This document shows, in pieces, positions 1 to 13,584 of a stretch of 63,374 nucleotides of DNA. This DNA is from Octopus bimaculoides (taxonomy: Eukaryota). The notes below the pieces were generated by a model. The model was given only the letters and a program-made list of their open reading frames with translations, did no database searches and was not told the origin of the DNA. Made by a program: the position numbers and the translations under genes. The DNA is taken from the NCBI RefSeq assembly GCF_001194135.2, contig NC_068987.1, forward strand, positions 86,681,674 through 86,745,047. The letters are read 5' to 3'. Within the stretch, counting starts at the first letter, position 1, and each line of letters begins with the position of its first letter.

Positions 1-1606
1 TATATATATATAATTATATAAACGCAGTTGTATTTTTCATATCAGTTCGTTCGTGTATTTGTTTGCGTATCTGTCAGTTTTAAGTAATATCTTTAGAAAC
101 CTTTGTAAAAAATGCTTTAAAAGTTACGTCAGATGAACACAACGGATTTAAGTCTCTGAGAAACGTAGAATAGAAAGCTATCAGACCTGTCAATTACAAC
201 GAAAGCATGAATTACACATACTATGCAACATATATACCGCACGTATATTCATCCTTATTCTTATATTGTATCCTTATCCATGTCAATTTACTCATGCGAA
301 GCAGTTCATTTGATAAATAGTAGACACCATGAATATAGTTATTTATATTGCCTTGCCGAGTGTGAAAACAAACAATAAATGCAGAACTGATTTTGCGTTT
401 ATTTACATAAGATGAGCATAAAAAGGCCTGTTTTCAAAAAAATTATGGTCCCCTCTGTCCATGTAGCATTTTATGTTTGCCAGTATAGCTGAAAGAACAT
501 CATGAATTTAAAGGTTATTACATCGCACTCAATCAAGTATCCATTAACCAAAATATTTACAGTTACCCAGACATCCATAAAACGTGGAATTATTTCCTTC
601 ATTATGTATGTATGAGTACGTATGTATTGGTATATGTAATTTTATATATGCACATGTATATATGCATATAATATAATATCATATAACATAAAGTAAAAAG
701 TAATATATATATATATATATATGGAGATGGAAAGACAGAGGGAAAAACAAGCATAAAAGTTCATAGTTCAAACTTCCGAAGTTATAGAAACCAGAGCATG
801 TATCCTTAGGTGCAATACTGCGTATATCCATGTGGGTTAAAGCCCTGATATAGTAGATATCCCAAGAAAAAGACGTGAACATATCAACGTTCAATAACAT
901 AACATTTATATATCTGCTGCATGGGAAATCTGCAATGGCTCCACCTTCCACTTTGTCGTCGCTACTATTAAGGCCCTTTTTTTGTCATTGGTCTTCTTGC
1001 TATTGCTGCTGTTGTTGTTGTTATTGTTGTTGGTATTCGTGCTGTTGTTTTTAATATCGTTGCAGCTCTTGCGGTTATTGTAACTGTCGCAACGAATTGC
1101 CGACTCACCAATACTGCTACAAATCGATGCGTGGTGCACATATCCCGTCAAATACGCTCTCCATCTTACAACTCCACAACTGTCAGGTTCTAAGAAGAAC
1201 TGAAATCTGATTTCACTTGTCTCTAGTTTTCGAAGACATGTATCATAACTGAATATTGGAAACTTAGTAAAATGACAAGAAAAGCGTAGACATTCTGCAA
1301 CTCAGTGTACAAATCTAGAGATGACATTCTCTTAATATGACTGTCTTTAAAGAAATATATTTAGATCTGAAATATGTAATATTATTGTTCATTCATATGT
1401 GACAGTTTCGATAACAACTTTGCTAATCGTTCTGATCAAATTTTGCACATAACTAGGAAATAAACATAAGAAGACTATCGACCGTCATACTTATTGAGAG
1501 TATCGTAACTATAATTATTAAAACAAAAAATGTTGAGACGAGGTCAATAATCGGGAGATTTGTAACAGAGTTTACAGTATTTTATATCAACATGCACACA
1601 AATGCG

Positions 1607-1657
<51 letters not shown>

Positions 1658-2856
1658 TTCTTTATTTTCATATGGAAATATACAACGGAAATTGTAGTAA
1701 ATGCAATAGAGAGATTTCAAAACCAAAGGTGATTAATCAATGAATTTGAAAAACTCTATTTTCTGTAAACGGAAACAACGGATAGCAGTAAATAAATAAA
1801 GTGGCAGTAGAGTTTATGGATACAAAATCAATTTAGTAAACAAATCAAAACCTTTTGCTACTTTTCTTTGTAGTCATTCTACAGAGTATGAACAACTAAA
1901 TCGATCGTTTAATAATATTGAGCAAGGGCAAAAACGTCATTGGTAATCGTTTGTATTCCAATTAACTTTATATATTTTTTTCATTAAATATCTTCATTGA
2001 AACACCGAAACACTGTTCATTAGAGGTTATCTTTTTATTTTCATTTTTTTGTTATTTTGCTTTAGTACAAAGTGTATTGTTTCATACTTTTGAACTTTGG
2101 TGCTCCCTAACTTCATATTTAGTATATGCTGCTTCCGAAATTTAATTATGAAACTGTATGAGCAACTCTCTAACTCATCATAAAAATATATTTTATGTAA
2201 AAGCAAACAATAAACTAATTTGGTTTATTGAAATTATATACTCATATTAGGATGTTGCATGTCTATAATGTTTCAAATTAATTCTCTTCATAAAAATATG
2301 CGAATAACAGTAGAACTATATCAGATTCTCTCCGAGAAACAATACGTTACTGCTAAGCTTCTTAATTGAAGCCTTTTTTTTTCCTTTTATATTCCATTGT
2401 CTTTCGTCTGAAACGTATCAATGATACAATAAAATATCTCGCTTCTGAAGAAATATAACTTTAATGCCCCGTAAACAAAGAAATAATGGTTAATTTAAAG
2501 CATGATTGCAGTATGTTAAAAATAATGCGTATTGGTTGAGATTCGCGTTTGAACGCTTATGTGATTATCCATGGGCACAGAATTGGCTGTGTGGATAAGA
2601 GGCTCAATTCGGAGTGACATCGTTTGGTGTTCAGTCCCACTTTGCAGCACCTAGGATACTTTCTATCACAGGCTGGGAGCAACCAATGATTATGAGTGAA
2701 TTTGGTATACGGATAATGTGTGGAAGCCCGGCATATGTACGTATATACATATGTGTGTGTACGTATGCGTGTGTGTGTGTGTGTGTATGTGCATGTGTGC
2801 GTGTGCCTATGCGTGCGTGTGTGTGAATGTGCTCGTGTTTATGTTTGCCACCACAA

Positions 2857-3105
2857 TTCTTATTTCTTATTTCTTATTTCTTTATTGCCCACAAGGGGCT
2901 AAACATGGAGGGGACAAACGAGGACAGACAAAGGGACTAAGTCGATTACATCGAGCCCAGTGCGTAAGTGGTACTTAATGTATCGACCCCGAAAGGATGA
3001 AAGGCAAAGTCGACTTCTGCGGAATTTGAACTCAGAACGTAGCGGCAGACGAAATACCGCTGAGCATTTCGCCCGGCGTGTTAACGTTTCTGCCAGCTCG
3101 CTGCC
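2857..3105 (-). mobile_element. SINE family B, near full-length copy (head aaggcggcgagctggcagaaacgttagcacgccgggcgaaatgc; core gtcgactttgcctttcatcctttcggggtcgata; (AGAAATA)n tail)
   Basis: Reverse complement aligns by eye along its length with the copy at 62303-62535; tRNA-like A/B-box head; short tandem tail. Confidence 0.85.
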
Positions 3106-3164
3106 AGCCTGTCCCTACCATTCTGCTCGACAAAAGATGTTCTTATCCTTTATGTCACTATGAA

Positions 3165-3325
3165 TTAGCAGCTCGTCAAAAGTAACTGATAGAATAAGTA
3201 TCTGATTTAAAACTAAAACCAATCAATAATTACTGGGGTGGATTCGTTCGACTTAAACCATTCAAAGTCAGTAACCCTGCATAGCTGCAGTCAAATGGCT
3301 GACGCGAGGAAAACGTAACAGATAA
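3165..3325 (+). mobile_element. SINE family A, 3' half only
   Basis: gatagaataagta...tactggggtggattcgttcgact...gcagtcaaatggctga matches the 3' module of 16536-16950. Confidence 0.6.
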
Positions 3326-3934
3326 ATGTCTCTCAGTAAAACCCCTGCATCGCCTATGAATATGTGACCGTGCCCCTAGCTACGAAGTCAATATCGCATA
3401 TGTATATCTTTAATTGATTTGAAAGTTTCACAGTAACACTATACTGGATCAACATCGTAGAAGAATCAGATTTCTGTTCGTAAACACAGATTTTCAGTTT
3501 CTTTATTGATTTCTTAGCCAAGAAAAAGAAAAAAGAAATAAAGAAATCAATGACATTTGAAACACTAAATTAAGCATCTATTTTCAGATGTGAACACTAT
3601 CGACTTTCGTTAAAGACTTTCACTGAGCCAGTCACCGCTTCACTGCATTTCTGATGGCCAGTGAGATAAGGGAGTGCCACTAGTTTTATGGTAAATTAAG
3701 GAGATTTATCTACTTTGCTATATACATTAACAAAACGATCAAGTGTGTCTGTGTACTTTCTAATAGGATCCTATCTTAGAGGTGCTTGCGATCTCTACCC
3801 ACACGACTCTCCCAAAGATAGTGGGCGTATATGCGTGTGTATGTGTGGGTGAGTGTGCGTGTGTTTGTGTGTTTGCGTGTGAGTGTGAGTGTGTGTGTGT
3901 GTGTGTATGTGTGTGTGTGTGTATGCGTGTGTGT

Positions 3935-4350
3935 CTTCTTCGTTGATGACGTTGCAACCAGATTTCGCCACTTCTCTGGGTCTTCTGCTGTCTTCTGTGT
4001 GTCAGTAACCTGGGCGACTCTAGATACTCTATAGTTTGTGATCTGGTTGTCATTATCAAGAATGTAGCATGGGGCAGATTAGTTTGGCAGTGTCGATACT
4101 CTCCAAGTTGCTAACCATAACCGTATGTCTCTACATTAGACACGTCTCGGCCATAAGCATTTGGCCGTTAACTTGAGGAGGTCCCCCCGCCTCACATTGT
4201 GACTTCGTGGCAAGCATTTCCCGGAGAGTTTCGCCCACTGGTGCTGGATCACCATCACCCATCCCTTGATTTAGTCTACCAGCTGAAGTTGAGTGCCAGG
4301 GTGTTACACTTGGAACCGTCAAGTGGTGAGAGATTAGATGCTGAATGAGA
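3935..4350 (-). mobile_element. Highly decayed LINE (RTE-like) 3' fragment
   Basis: Minus-strand translation gives AEDPEKWRNLVATSS, resembling the A-x-DR-xx-WR C-terminal motif of RTE ORFs; locally GC-richer; many frame disruptions. Confidence 0.35.
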
Positions 4351-5671
4351 ACCACTGATGCCCGTGCCCTTGATCATCAAAATGTATTAGCTATATACAA
4401 AGCTTTCGATTCTTGAACCACTCTCTAACTTTTACCAATAAATAAAAATATATAGATACTCATGTTTTGAGTTCAATTTTTTGCTAGTATCACCACACAT
4501 ACTCACACACAGACACACACGCGCGCAAACACACACACACGCACGCGCGCAAACACACACACACACACGTGTGTATATGTAACTGTGTATATATTATGTA
4601 TGTGCGTGCGTACATATATGTGTGCGTACATATATGTGTGCGTACGTGTGTGTGTGTGTGTATGTGTGCGTGCGCGCGTGTGTCCCAAAACGTAATTAAC
4701 GAGAACGTACCAAGCCACATGTGGATTATATGCGAATCTTTTAATCTCAATTTCTCGTGCGCTCAAATCTGTGTTACGCGTGAATCTACATATATGAAAT
4801 TTCTCTTCCCAAAAATATGTCTTGCGTGGGACCGCTCACTGTCCAGTCATAACACATAAAGTATATGTCGTGCCTATATTAAACCTGTTCAAAGAAATCA
4901 GTAATTTTCGTAAACACCGCATTTCTACTCTCCAATTAAAGTACAAACCAAGCATATGGGTTAACGCAAAAGTTGCTTAGCACAACACAAGTTAACCCGA
5001 AAGAAAATTATTATTATCCAACTTGCTTTCATAACCAATTGTATCGTTATATACATTCAGATTCGGTTTTATGGACACCATCCATAATTTATACTGATTT
5101 AATTTGATAGACAGCAAACGACATCTCTGACCTTTTTATAACCAATTATTTCCAACAACTAACGCTGAATAGGTTTATTGTTCTGCATACGTTCTTTCCA
5201 TTACCAGCAGACACAATTTTGCCAGATATAGACAGAAACACGCACGTAAACTCAGAGAGATAGACGTAGACACACATAAACACACATACACATGTATCCA
5301 TAGACTGTATTCTAGATATATTCAAGCCATTTTTAATATTTAAACTAAATTACTATGCCATGCCTTTATGTAAAAGACTGTATAATTTACATAGAACCAT
5401 TACCACAGACGGTGTCCTGAATTGTAACAAGTCGCAAGTGAAAAATATTAAATTCTATGTTTTATACAAAATAAATCTTTTCTATATAACAGCATTGTGT
5501 ATTTCTTTCCTATATTACGCAGTATGTCTGATATTTTCTCTGTTCATGACACAGACTTCATACTCTCTTTTGATACTTTCTCACAATATTTGAAATTTCT
5601 CACTTTTATTGTTAAATAAATGACGCCTTTTAGAGCTATAAAGAACTGTTTTGAAATACCACAACCATAAC

Positions 5672-5990
5672 GGCAGGCATAGCTGTGTGGTAAGATTTTC
5701 ACTTCAAAATCACGTGGTTCTAGGTTCAGTCCCACTGCGTAACACCTTGGGCAATTGTCTTTTATTATAATCACAGGCCGACCAAAGCCTTGCGAGTAGA
5801 TTTGGTAGGTGTGTGCGTGTGTCTGTGTGTATTTGGTCCCCACTACACTTCTTTACAAATGGTGTTTGTTTATTTGCGGCCCCGTAATTGAGAGTTTCGG
5901 CAAAAGATAACGATAGATTCAGTGCTAGGCTCCAAAAGATCTTCATGGTAGTGCCCCAATATGGCCGCAGTCTAATAAGTGAAAGATAAA
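5672..5990 (+). mobile_element. SINE family A (tRNA head, ccttgggcaagtg CORE-like block, internal (TA/TG)n, 3' module)
   Basis: Diverged match to 16536-16950 and 19098-19585. Confidence 0.75.
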
Positions 5991-6268
5991 ATATGTCAAC
6001 GTCGCGCACACGAAGCTACAGACCCAAGAGAAAAAGTGGAAATTCTAATGTTCTCTATTAAAAGTCAAAGATTAACTTACAAAATTTACGCATTGCCTAT
6101 CAGTTACGGGTGGCAGAATGCAAGAATCTTCTGCTGTCAATTTATACCGCTCGTTTACGTCCTTATAACTTAAAGGTGTTCGCGTAATGTCGACTTATTA
6201 CCGAAACTACTTTCATTGCAAAGCTGGAATCCAGCACTTCTGCTTGGAATCCAAGAACTAACGATATA

Positions 6269-6660
6269 GGCGCAGGTGTAGCTGTTTAATAAGAAGCTTG
6301 CTTCCAAATTTCAAGGTTCTGGGTTCAATCCCATTGCGTGGTATCTTGGGTCAGTGCCTTCAAATACAGCTTTGGGTAGATTTGGTGGATTTGGCAATCG
6401 GAAACTAAAAGAAACCTGCCGTGTATGTGTATGGTCTGTGTGTGGGTAAGGTGTGTACTTGTGCTTGTCTCTCCAACACAGTTTTACAGTCGGTATTGTT
6501 GGGCTCATGTCCCCGTAAATTAATGGTTTAGTAAAAGAGAACGATAGAATAAATACCAGGCTTTAAACAAATACTGGGGTCGATTCATTCGACTAAAGAT
6601 TGCTCAAGGCGGTGCCCCAGCTTGGCCGCGTTCGAATGACTAAACAAGTAAAATATAAAA
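6269..6660 (+). mobile_element. SINE family A
   Basis: ggcgcaggtgtagctg...ggttcaatcccattgcgtgg head; tactggggtcgattcattcgactaaa 3' module. Confidence 0.8.
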
Positions 6661-7365
6661 GATATATACTGGAATGCTTTTCAACGGTCATTCAGTTTTT
6701 CGTCGAAAACTCAGACATATCCCAGAGGGAAAGGCAGAGCGGGTTATAAGCTAGAAGAATTCCTGAGTGATTAATAATGAGTTTTCAAGACAAATACAAG
6801 TAGAGATTGGTGTTATTTCTTAATACCGCCATCGAAACATGATTACTGAGTATACGAATGCATTCTAATACATCAAAGAGTGCCAACTTGACCATAATAT
6901 ACTAGGAATTGTTGTGATATATCATCAATTGATTACATGTCTTCCTTTCCAGTGAAGCAATTATTCAATGACTTCAATACAATAACATTGTAAAAAGCTG
7001 CACTGTGAACTGGATACTTCATTACGTGAAAGGCAAGTGCGAAACAATTGTTTGAAGCAAGTTCATTCGCATGAGTCAACATTGTATTTTGTCAAGTCCA
7101 TGCCACCATTTTATCTTCCCTCAGTACATTGGCCTATCTCTTATCCATTTCTTACACACACACACACACACACACATTCGCATGTACATCTGTACATATA
7201 TATNNNNNNNNNNNNNNNNNNNNNNNNNNNNNNNNNNNNNNNNNNNNNNNNNNNNNNNNNNNNNNNNNNNNNNNNNNNNNNNNNNNNNNNNNNNNNNNNN
7301 NNNNNNNNNNNNNNNNNNNNNNNNNNNNNNNNNNNNNNNNNNNNNNNNNNNNNNNNNNNNNNNNN

Positions 7366-7613
7366 CGCTTATTCTCTAATTTGTTTCAGTCGTTTAACTA
7401 CGACCATGCTGGAGCATTACCATTTAGTCGACCAAATCGACCCCAGGATTTATTCTTTGTAAGCCTAGTACTTATTCTATTACGGTCTCTTTTGTTAGCC
7501 TATGGGAACGTAAACACACCAACATCGGTTTTCAATTGGTTGTGTGGGAACAAACACATACACAGACATACATGCATATACACACACACGCACACACATA
7601 CACACACACAAAC

Positions 7614-7646
<33 letters not shown>

Positions 7647-7780
7647 TGATGCGCTTCTTTCAGTTGCCGTCTACCAAATCCACTCACAAGGTTGTGGTCG
7701 GGTCGAGGCCATAGTAGAAGACACTTGTCCAAGGTGCCATTCAGTGGGACGGAAGCCAGGCCCAAGCTACTTACCACACA
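7366..7780 (-). mobile_element. SINE family A
   Basis: Reverse-complement match to family A, including the internal (TA)/(CA) tract. Confidence 0.8.
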
Positions 7781-8212
7781 CACACACANNNNNNNNNNNN
7801 NNNNNNNNNNNNNNNNNNNNNNNNNNNNNNNNNNNNNNNNNNNNNNNNNNNNNNNNNNNNNNNNNNNNNNNNNNNNNNNNNNNNNNNNNNNNNNNNNNNN
7901 NNNNNNNNNNNNNNNNNNNNNNNNNNNNNNNNNNNNNNNNNNNNNNNNNNNNNNNNNNNNNNNNNNNNNNNNNNNNNNNNNNNNNNNNNNNNNNNNNNNN
8001 NNNNNNNNNNNNNNNNNNNNNNNNNNNNNNNNNNNNNNNNNNNNNNNNNNNNNNNNNNNNNNNNNNNNNNNNNNNNNNNNNNNNNNNNNNNNNNNNNNNN
8101 NNNNNNNNNNNNNNNNNNNNNNNNNNNNNNNNNNNNNNNNNNNNNNNNNNNNNNNNNNNNNNNNNNNNNNNNNNNNNNNNNNNNNNNNNNNNNNNNNNNN
8201 NNNNNNNNNNNN

Positions 8213-8244
<32 letters not shown>

Positions 8245-8426
8245 ATCTACCAGAGTAAGCACATAAATTCCAAAGAAGGTGGAAAATGGTACTTGAATAC
8301 TAGAGGTAGAGTAATATGCTTTATTAAAAGGCAGCAAAAATATCTAAGCAAAAATGGCCGACGAACGGGAACGTCAAACTCTGAGTAACAGTTTGCGCTG
8401 CTTTTTAATAAAATGTATATAGATGA

Positions 8427-8505
<79 letters not shown>

Positions 8506-8506
8506 C
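8427..8506. repeat. (AGAT)n microsatellite
   Basis: Direct reading. Confidence 0.95.
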
Positions 8507-8599
8507 ACTGTGCAATGGGTAAAATGCTGTAATATTGTATTATTAATTTCGCGCATGCACTTTATTTTTGAGTTTGTCAACTACACAGTACAGTAGGGT

Positions 8600-8990
8600 T
8601 ATTTGGGCACCGCCTGTGAGAAATACACCACCATCACGCAATCCAATCTGCTAGAAATTAGGGAACGACATGCTGTACTGCTTGGCATTCACGCCGGAAG
8701 CTCCATTACGAAGATTTCTGAGTATTTGGGTGTAAATCTGAGGACACTTCTTTCTGAAGACACGTACCGACAGTGGTAAAAATCAAACATCCAGTCAACT
8801 TCATAGTGTTCGAAGTGATCACTAGTGATGGCGACGTTATCCCTCCATCCATCTTCCCATACAGCCACACACATGACATGGAGGCGTACATCAAGTTCTT
8901 GAAGGAAGTAGAGCTACCCTGAGTCAAGAGGGTGGCTGTTAGAAGACCCTATGTCTGGCAACAGGACTCACAAGCAAAAGAACCCAGTTA
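8600..8990 (+). mobile_element. Internally deleted Tc1/mariner transposase, maT/DD37D-like
   Basis: Translates to ERHAVLLGIHAGSSITKISEYLGVNLRT (HTH-like), then KIKHPVNFIVFEVITSDGDVIPPSIFP...YIKFLKEVELP*VKRVAVRRPYVWQQDS, matching the KHP..VMV.G...SDG..MPP and Y-V-W/F-QQDSAP motifs. Confidence 0.8.
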
Positions 8991-10569
8991 TGGCTGTCAG
9001 ACAACATCCATATATACATTCATACATACATACATATTTATGTAGGTATCTAACACTTCAGAACATTTTATTCGCTTTTATTCCAGATAATTTAACACTA
9101 TTCTTTGAAAATTTGTACCCTATTTTGGGGTTATCTTGTAATGATATATAGAATATATTTGAAACACTCAGTACGTTTGCAACAAAACTGGTTATGTCAG
9201 CACAGGTAGTAACTAGATAAATATTGTATGCGATATTTTCTAAAGCACCGAAAATAGACAATGATCTAGAGGCCATATTAGGGGTATTCGGTGGGTGCGG
9301 TAGATCTTCCCTATCCACTCTTAAATAGCATGTTCGGTGGCATTAGTGATAATTGGAGGACTGTTTAAGATGCATGCAATGTCATTGTGCTAATTGTTTT
9401 TAACTTTACCCATCGAGTGAAGTTGAGGGACAAGAGTATTATGAGAGCATCCCATTGCGCACGAACTGGCTGGAAGATTGGGTTAGACCTTTGTGGGTCA
9501 ACTCATTAAATCGATTAAATCGTTAAAGAGTGCGAAGACAATGTGTGTGTACACATCACACATAGAGTACGTGTGTTTGTGTTGATTCACACGCCATGTC
9601 ATTCACTATATGTTTGTGTATTCTCTATGTGTGTATGTGCATTGGCATCACGGAAGCCATGTCTCTTAGTCAAGAAATATCAAACAAAAATTATATTTGA
9701 ACGTTTTCATTAATAAATAGCGGCCCAAGTATCACAAAAATTCACACAGCACTCCTTAAGGTAAGTATAAAAATATATATACCAAACATTTATATAACGT
9801 ATACTATTTCTGAGGTAGTTCGGGTACAAACAAACATCTAGGATTTTAGTATTATTACGATGGGTAAGAAACGAACGAATTCATCTGACACACCACAATA
9901 GAAGGTCGTATATTACTAATAGAAAACAAGTATGAAAATAAAGACTACAAAGTTTCATAACATTGTAGATTATTATTTTTATGATTTCAAACGGAATTGC
10001 TTCTGTAATGGAATTATTGCCGAGCTTAACTTAAGTTTTATATCTCTAGCTTTACTAATTAGGTATCAAAATAGTAATGAAGTAATTTAAATACACAAAG
10101 CATTTCTCTTGTTTTAGTCTACACTAAATTCAGAACACATTACATGAAATATAATTACTAACACTTCATTTTCGTGATTCACAATTATCAGAATGAAAAA
10201 CATTCATGTAAAACATTTGGCTTACTTTCCAATTCGGTAGTTGAAATAAATAATTTAAATGTATTTAATGTTGAAATTCAATAACATGAATTAGGAAAAC
10301 AAAACGATAGAATCAAATTTTATACTTGCCCACTTAAGAACTTTCATAACAACGAAACGAAATGTAATGAACGACCGCGATAATTGTTTACAAAGCTGAA
10401 GGAGGTCCATCCAAATAAATAGAGGAAGGTGTTAGTAGGCTTTCAATGTTTCTTATATAATGACATATACCGACCTACACGCAGGCATATAGATACACAG
10501 GAGTATATGGATACATTATTATATGGTATGTATATATATATATATATATATGCACACACACACACACAT

Positions 10570-10612
<43 letters not shown>

Positions 10613-12099
10613 TATTCACACACACACACACACNNNNNNNNNNNNNNNNNNNNNNNNNNNNNNNNNNNNNNNNNNNNNNNNNNNNNNNNNNNNNNNNNNN
10701 NNNNNNNNNNNNNNNNNNNNNNNNNNNNNNNNNNNNNNNNNNNNNNNNNNNNNNNNNNNNNNNNNNNNNNNNNNNNNNNNNNNNNNNNNNNNNNNNNNNN
10801 NNNNNNNNNNNNNNNNNNNNNNNNNNNNNNNNNNNNNNNNNNNNNNNNNNNNNNNNNNNNNNNNNNNNNNNNNNNNNNNNNNNNNNNNNNNNNNNNNNNN
10901 NNNNNNNNNNNNNNNNNNNNNNNNNNNNNNNNNNNNNNNNNNNNNNNNNNNNNNNNNNNNNNNNNNNNNNNNNNNNNNNNNNNNNNNNNNNNNNNNNNNN
11001 NNNNNNNNNNNNNNNNNNNNNNNNNNNNNNNNNNNNNNNNNNNNNNNNNNNNNNNNNNNNNNNNNNNNNNNNNNNNNNNNNNNNNNNNNNNNNNNNNNNN
11101 NNNNNNNNNNNNNNNNNNNNNNNNNNNNNNNNNNNNNNNNNNNNNNNNNNNNNNNNNNNNNNNNNNNNNNNNNNNNNNNNNNNNNNNNNNNNNNNNNNNN
11201 NNNNNNNNNNNNNNNNNNNNNNNNNNNNNNNNNNNNNNNNNNNNNNNNNNNNNNNNNNNNNNNNNNNNNNNNNNNNNNNNNNNNNNNNNNNNNNATATAT
11301 AGGGATTAGCAGTAAACCTGCTTCTCCAACATACTGAGAATTCAGAAACAGCAGCCAAAGAACTACTGATTCTAAAACTACAATTTTTTCTCTAATTGAT
11401 AGCGATATTCATGATACACACAGAAAAAAAGACAGAATTCCCTGCCCTGTATATCTATATAATCAGGTGGAAACTTATTTGCCAACATAATGGGGCAGTC
11501 CTGGATGGGACGAATTTTACTGATGTTTAGCACCAGGAAACGTCGTTTCCACCTGATTATGCGACACAATATCTGTATCCGCATATATTCGAACAGCTGA
11601 GCTCAGCAGCCCCATCCAGCACAAAGCAACATCTGTGCATCTCCCCACAGATGTATGGGGTGAAGTGTATGACCCGCACACTGAGCAGGTATCGCCATGA
11701 CCAATTTCTCAGTCGTGGTCAACGCGATGGTCACAGGCTACACATCCTCTATCCAAGCAATGCTATAAATATCGGAATTGAGCTACAACGTTAAACCTTA
11801 GTGTCCAAGGACAGCAAGGTTCAAGGACATTCTATGCCAAGCGGCGCTACCCGACGTTTTTTTGCTTCGTTACTATGGGCAACAGTCTAGATACTTATGG
11901 ATTAGCCCTCCTATATATGTATGTATATATATATATATCACTTGCACAATTTGCCATGCAGTATGACTGAACCGGGAATTATGTGGTTTGCAAGCAAAGT
12001 TCGTCTCACAGAGTCAGTACATGTATGTATGCATATATGTCTCTATGTGTGCTGACACACACACTCATACACACATACATACACACATACGCACAAGCA

Positions 12100-12200
12100 T
12101 CGGCTGAACAGTTTATAGGCTGACAAAGATGATGTCATAGACAGTGACTAAGTGAGATTTATTTTTCAACATTGTCCCCCTTTCGGTCCCCATGGGGGAT
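12100..12200. mobile_element. Probable mariner terminal fragment
   Basis: ggctgaacagtttataggctgac...ttatttttcaacattgtccccc resembles mariner end sequence; no ORF. Confidence 0.35.
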
Positions 12201-12204
12201 ATCA

Positions 12205-12654
12205 AGCATGCTTTATTAGCAATTAAATAAGTAATCCATCACAAACGTCCAAAGTGTTGACCATGTCGCTCTAAACAATTTTTTTAATACGGATTTTGGA
12301 ATTGCGATGGACTCTCTCAAATAGTTCTTCATTGCCGATAACTTGTTCACACTCTTCAACAATTCTTTGAATTGGTCCACGAGTATTTTCAGAATACACA
12401 AGGGATTTAATGTAAACCCAGAAGAAAAGGTACATGGGAGTCAAATCTGGTGACCGTGGTACCTATTCAATTGGCCCGCGACGACTGATCCATCTCCCTG
12501 GAAAATGTTGATTCAAAAAATCACGAACCTGTAATGCATAAATCCTGTCTGCAGATAGGATTTACCCTTCCAATTGAATGTATGTAAAGCATCGAGAGAA
12601 AGTTACCAATTTCAGATGTTGCAGGAGATGCTGCCTGGCTTTATGGCCACCCTG
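12205..12654 (-). mobile_element. Decayed Tc1/mariner-superfamily transposase C-terminus
   Basis: Minus translation VRDFLNQHFPGRWISRRGPIE*VPRSPDLTPMYLFFWVYIKSLVY, matching the WPPRSPDLTP(L)DFFLWG motif; end ggccaccctg followed by TA. Confidence 0.8.
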
Positions 12655-13097
12655 TATGTATATTACCAGTAAAAGAGAATAAGACCAAAAAAATATTATT
12701 CTTCAGAATCTTTAGCACTGTCACTATGTCTGATCGTGGGAATTCAGTTAAGGAAAAGCTTCAAGACAGCTTTTACAAATAGGAATGTATACTTGAAATA
12801 TTTAGAAGCATTTACTTATTTCTTTTAGTAATTTGCATAGATGTTTGTTTTTAATTCTAATATAGCTCATTTCTCTGCTCTTCCGTGACAAGAATTCATA
12901 TATGTAGAATTATAACATTATTTTTTTTTTCATAAGTGTATGCACGTATTATTCCTGTTTAGATATATTCCTTATTATCTAATAGCACTTCAAAGATCTC
13001 GCTTATACAAAGCTTGCAAGCCCTTCTGTCTTCCTGGTGAAGGTTCCCTGTATATATAATGAACCAATTAATATAATTAATTTTAAGGTAGTAACCT

Positions 13098-13271
13098 GGC
13101 ACCATCGTTAACACGGCGAGAATAATGCTTATGGTTTAAAGTCCACCGAATATCCACTTTGCATCATATCATTTCGGGGTCGATAAAATTAGTTTCAGTT
13201 AAGCACTGGAGTTAATGTAATCCACCTACGCCTTCCACCGGCATTGTTTGCCTTGTGCCAAAATTCGAATC
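13098..13271 (+). mobile_element. SINE family B, diverged
   Basis: tttcggggtcgataaaatta...gcactggagttaatgtaatc...gccttgtgccaaaattcgaa. Confidence 0.65.
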
Positions 13272-13584
13272 CTATACAACTAGTTTTCTTGGATTTTAGG
13301 GAGTTAATTTATTCTGCTAGGGATAGGGAACATATTAATTTTTCCTTAAGGTGAGTATATGGCATGAGTTCGTCCAATTAACAGAATTAGTTGTAGATCC
13401 GATGTACAAAAGGGTGGCGTTATCCGTATACGATAATCCACTTGTATACCTTGTCCTCCTGAGCACAATCCCTATCGAAGGAGCAGTCATACTTAGATTT
13501 GAAATTACAATTATATTCTCTGCAATGAATTCCAGATGATTGTGTAGAAGACCCAAAATCTGTATTACGTAACTGAGGTGTAAT

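Noticed and set aside
906-1179. ORF 906-1151 and candidate exon 1109-1179 (CGVVRWRAYLTGYVHHASICSSI)
   Set aside because: The ORF runs through a (CAA/GCT)n low-complexity tract. The exon has a good donor but a weak acceptor and no recognisable homology.
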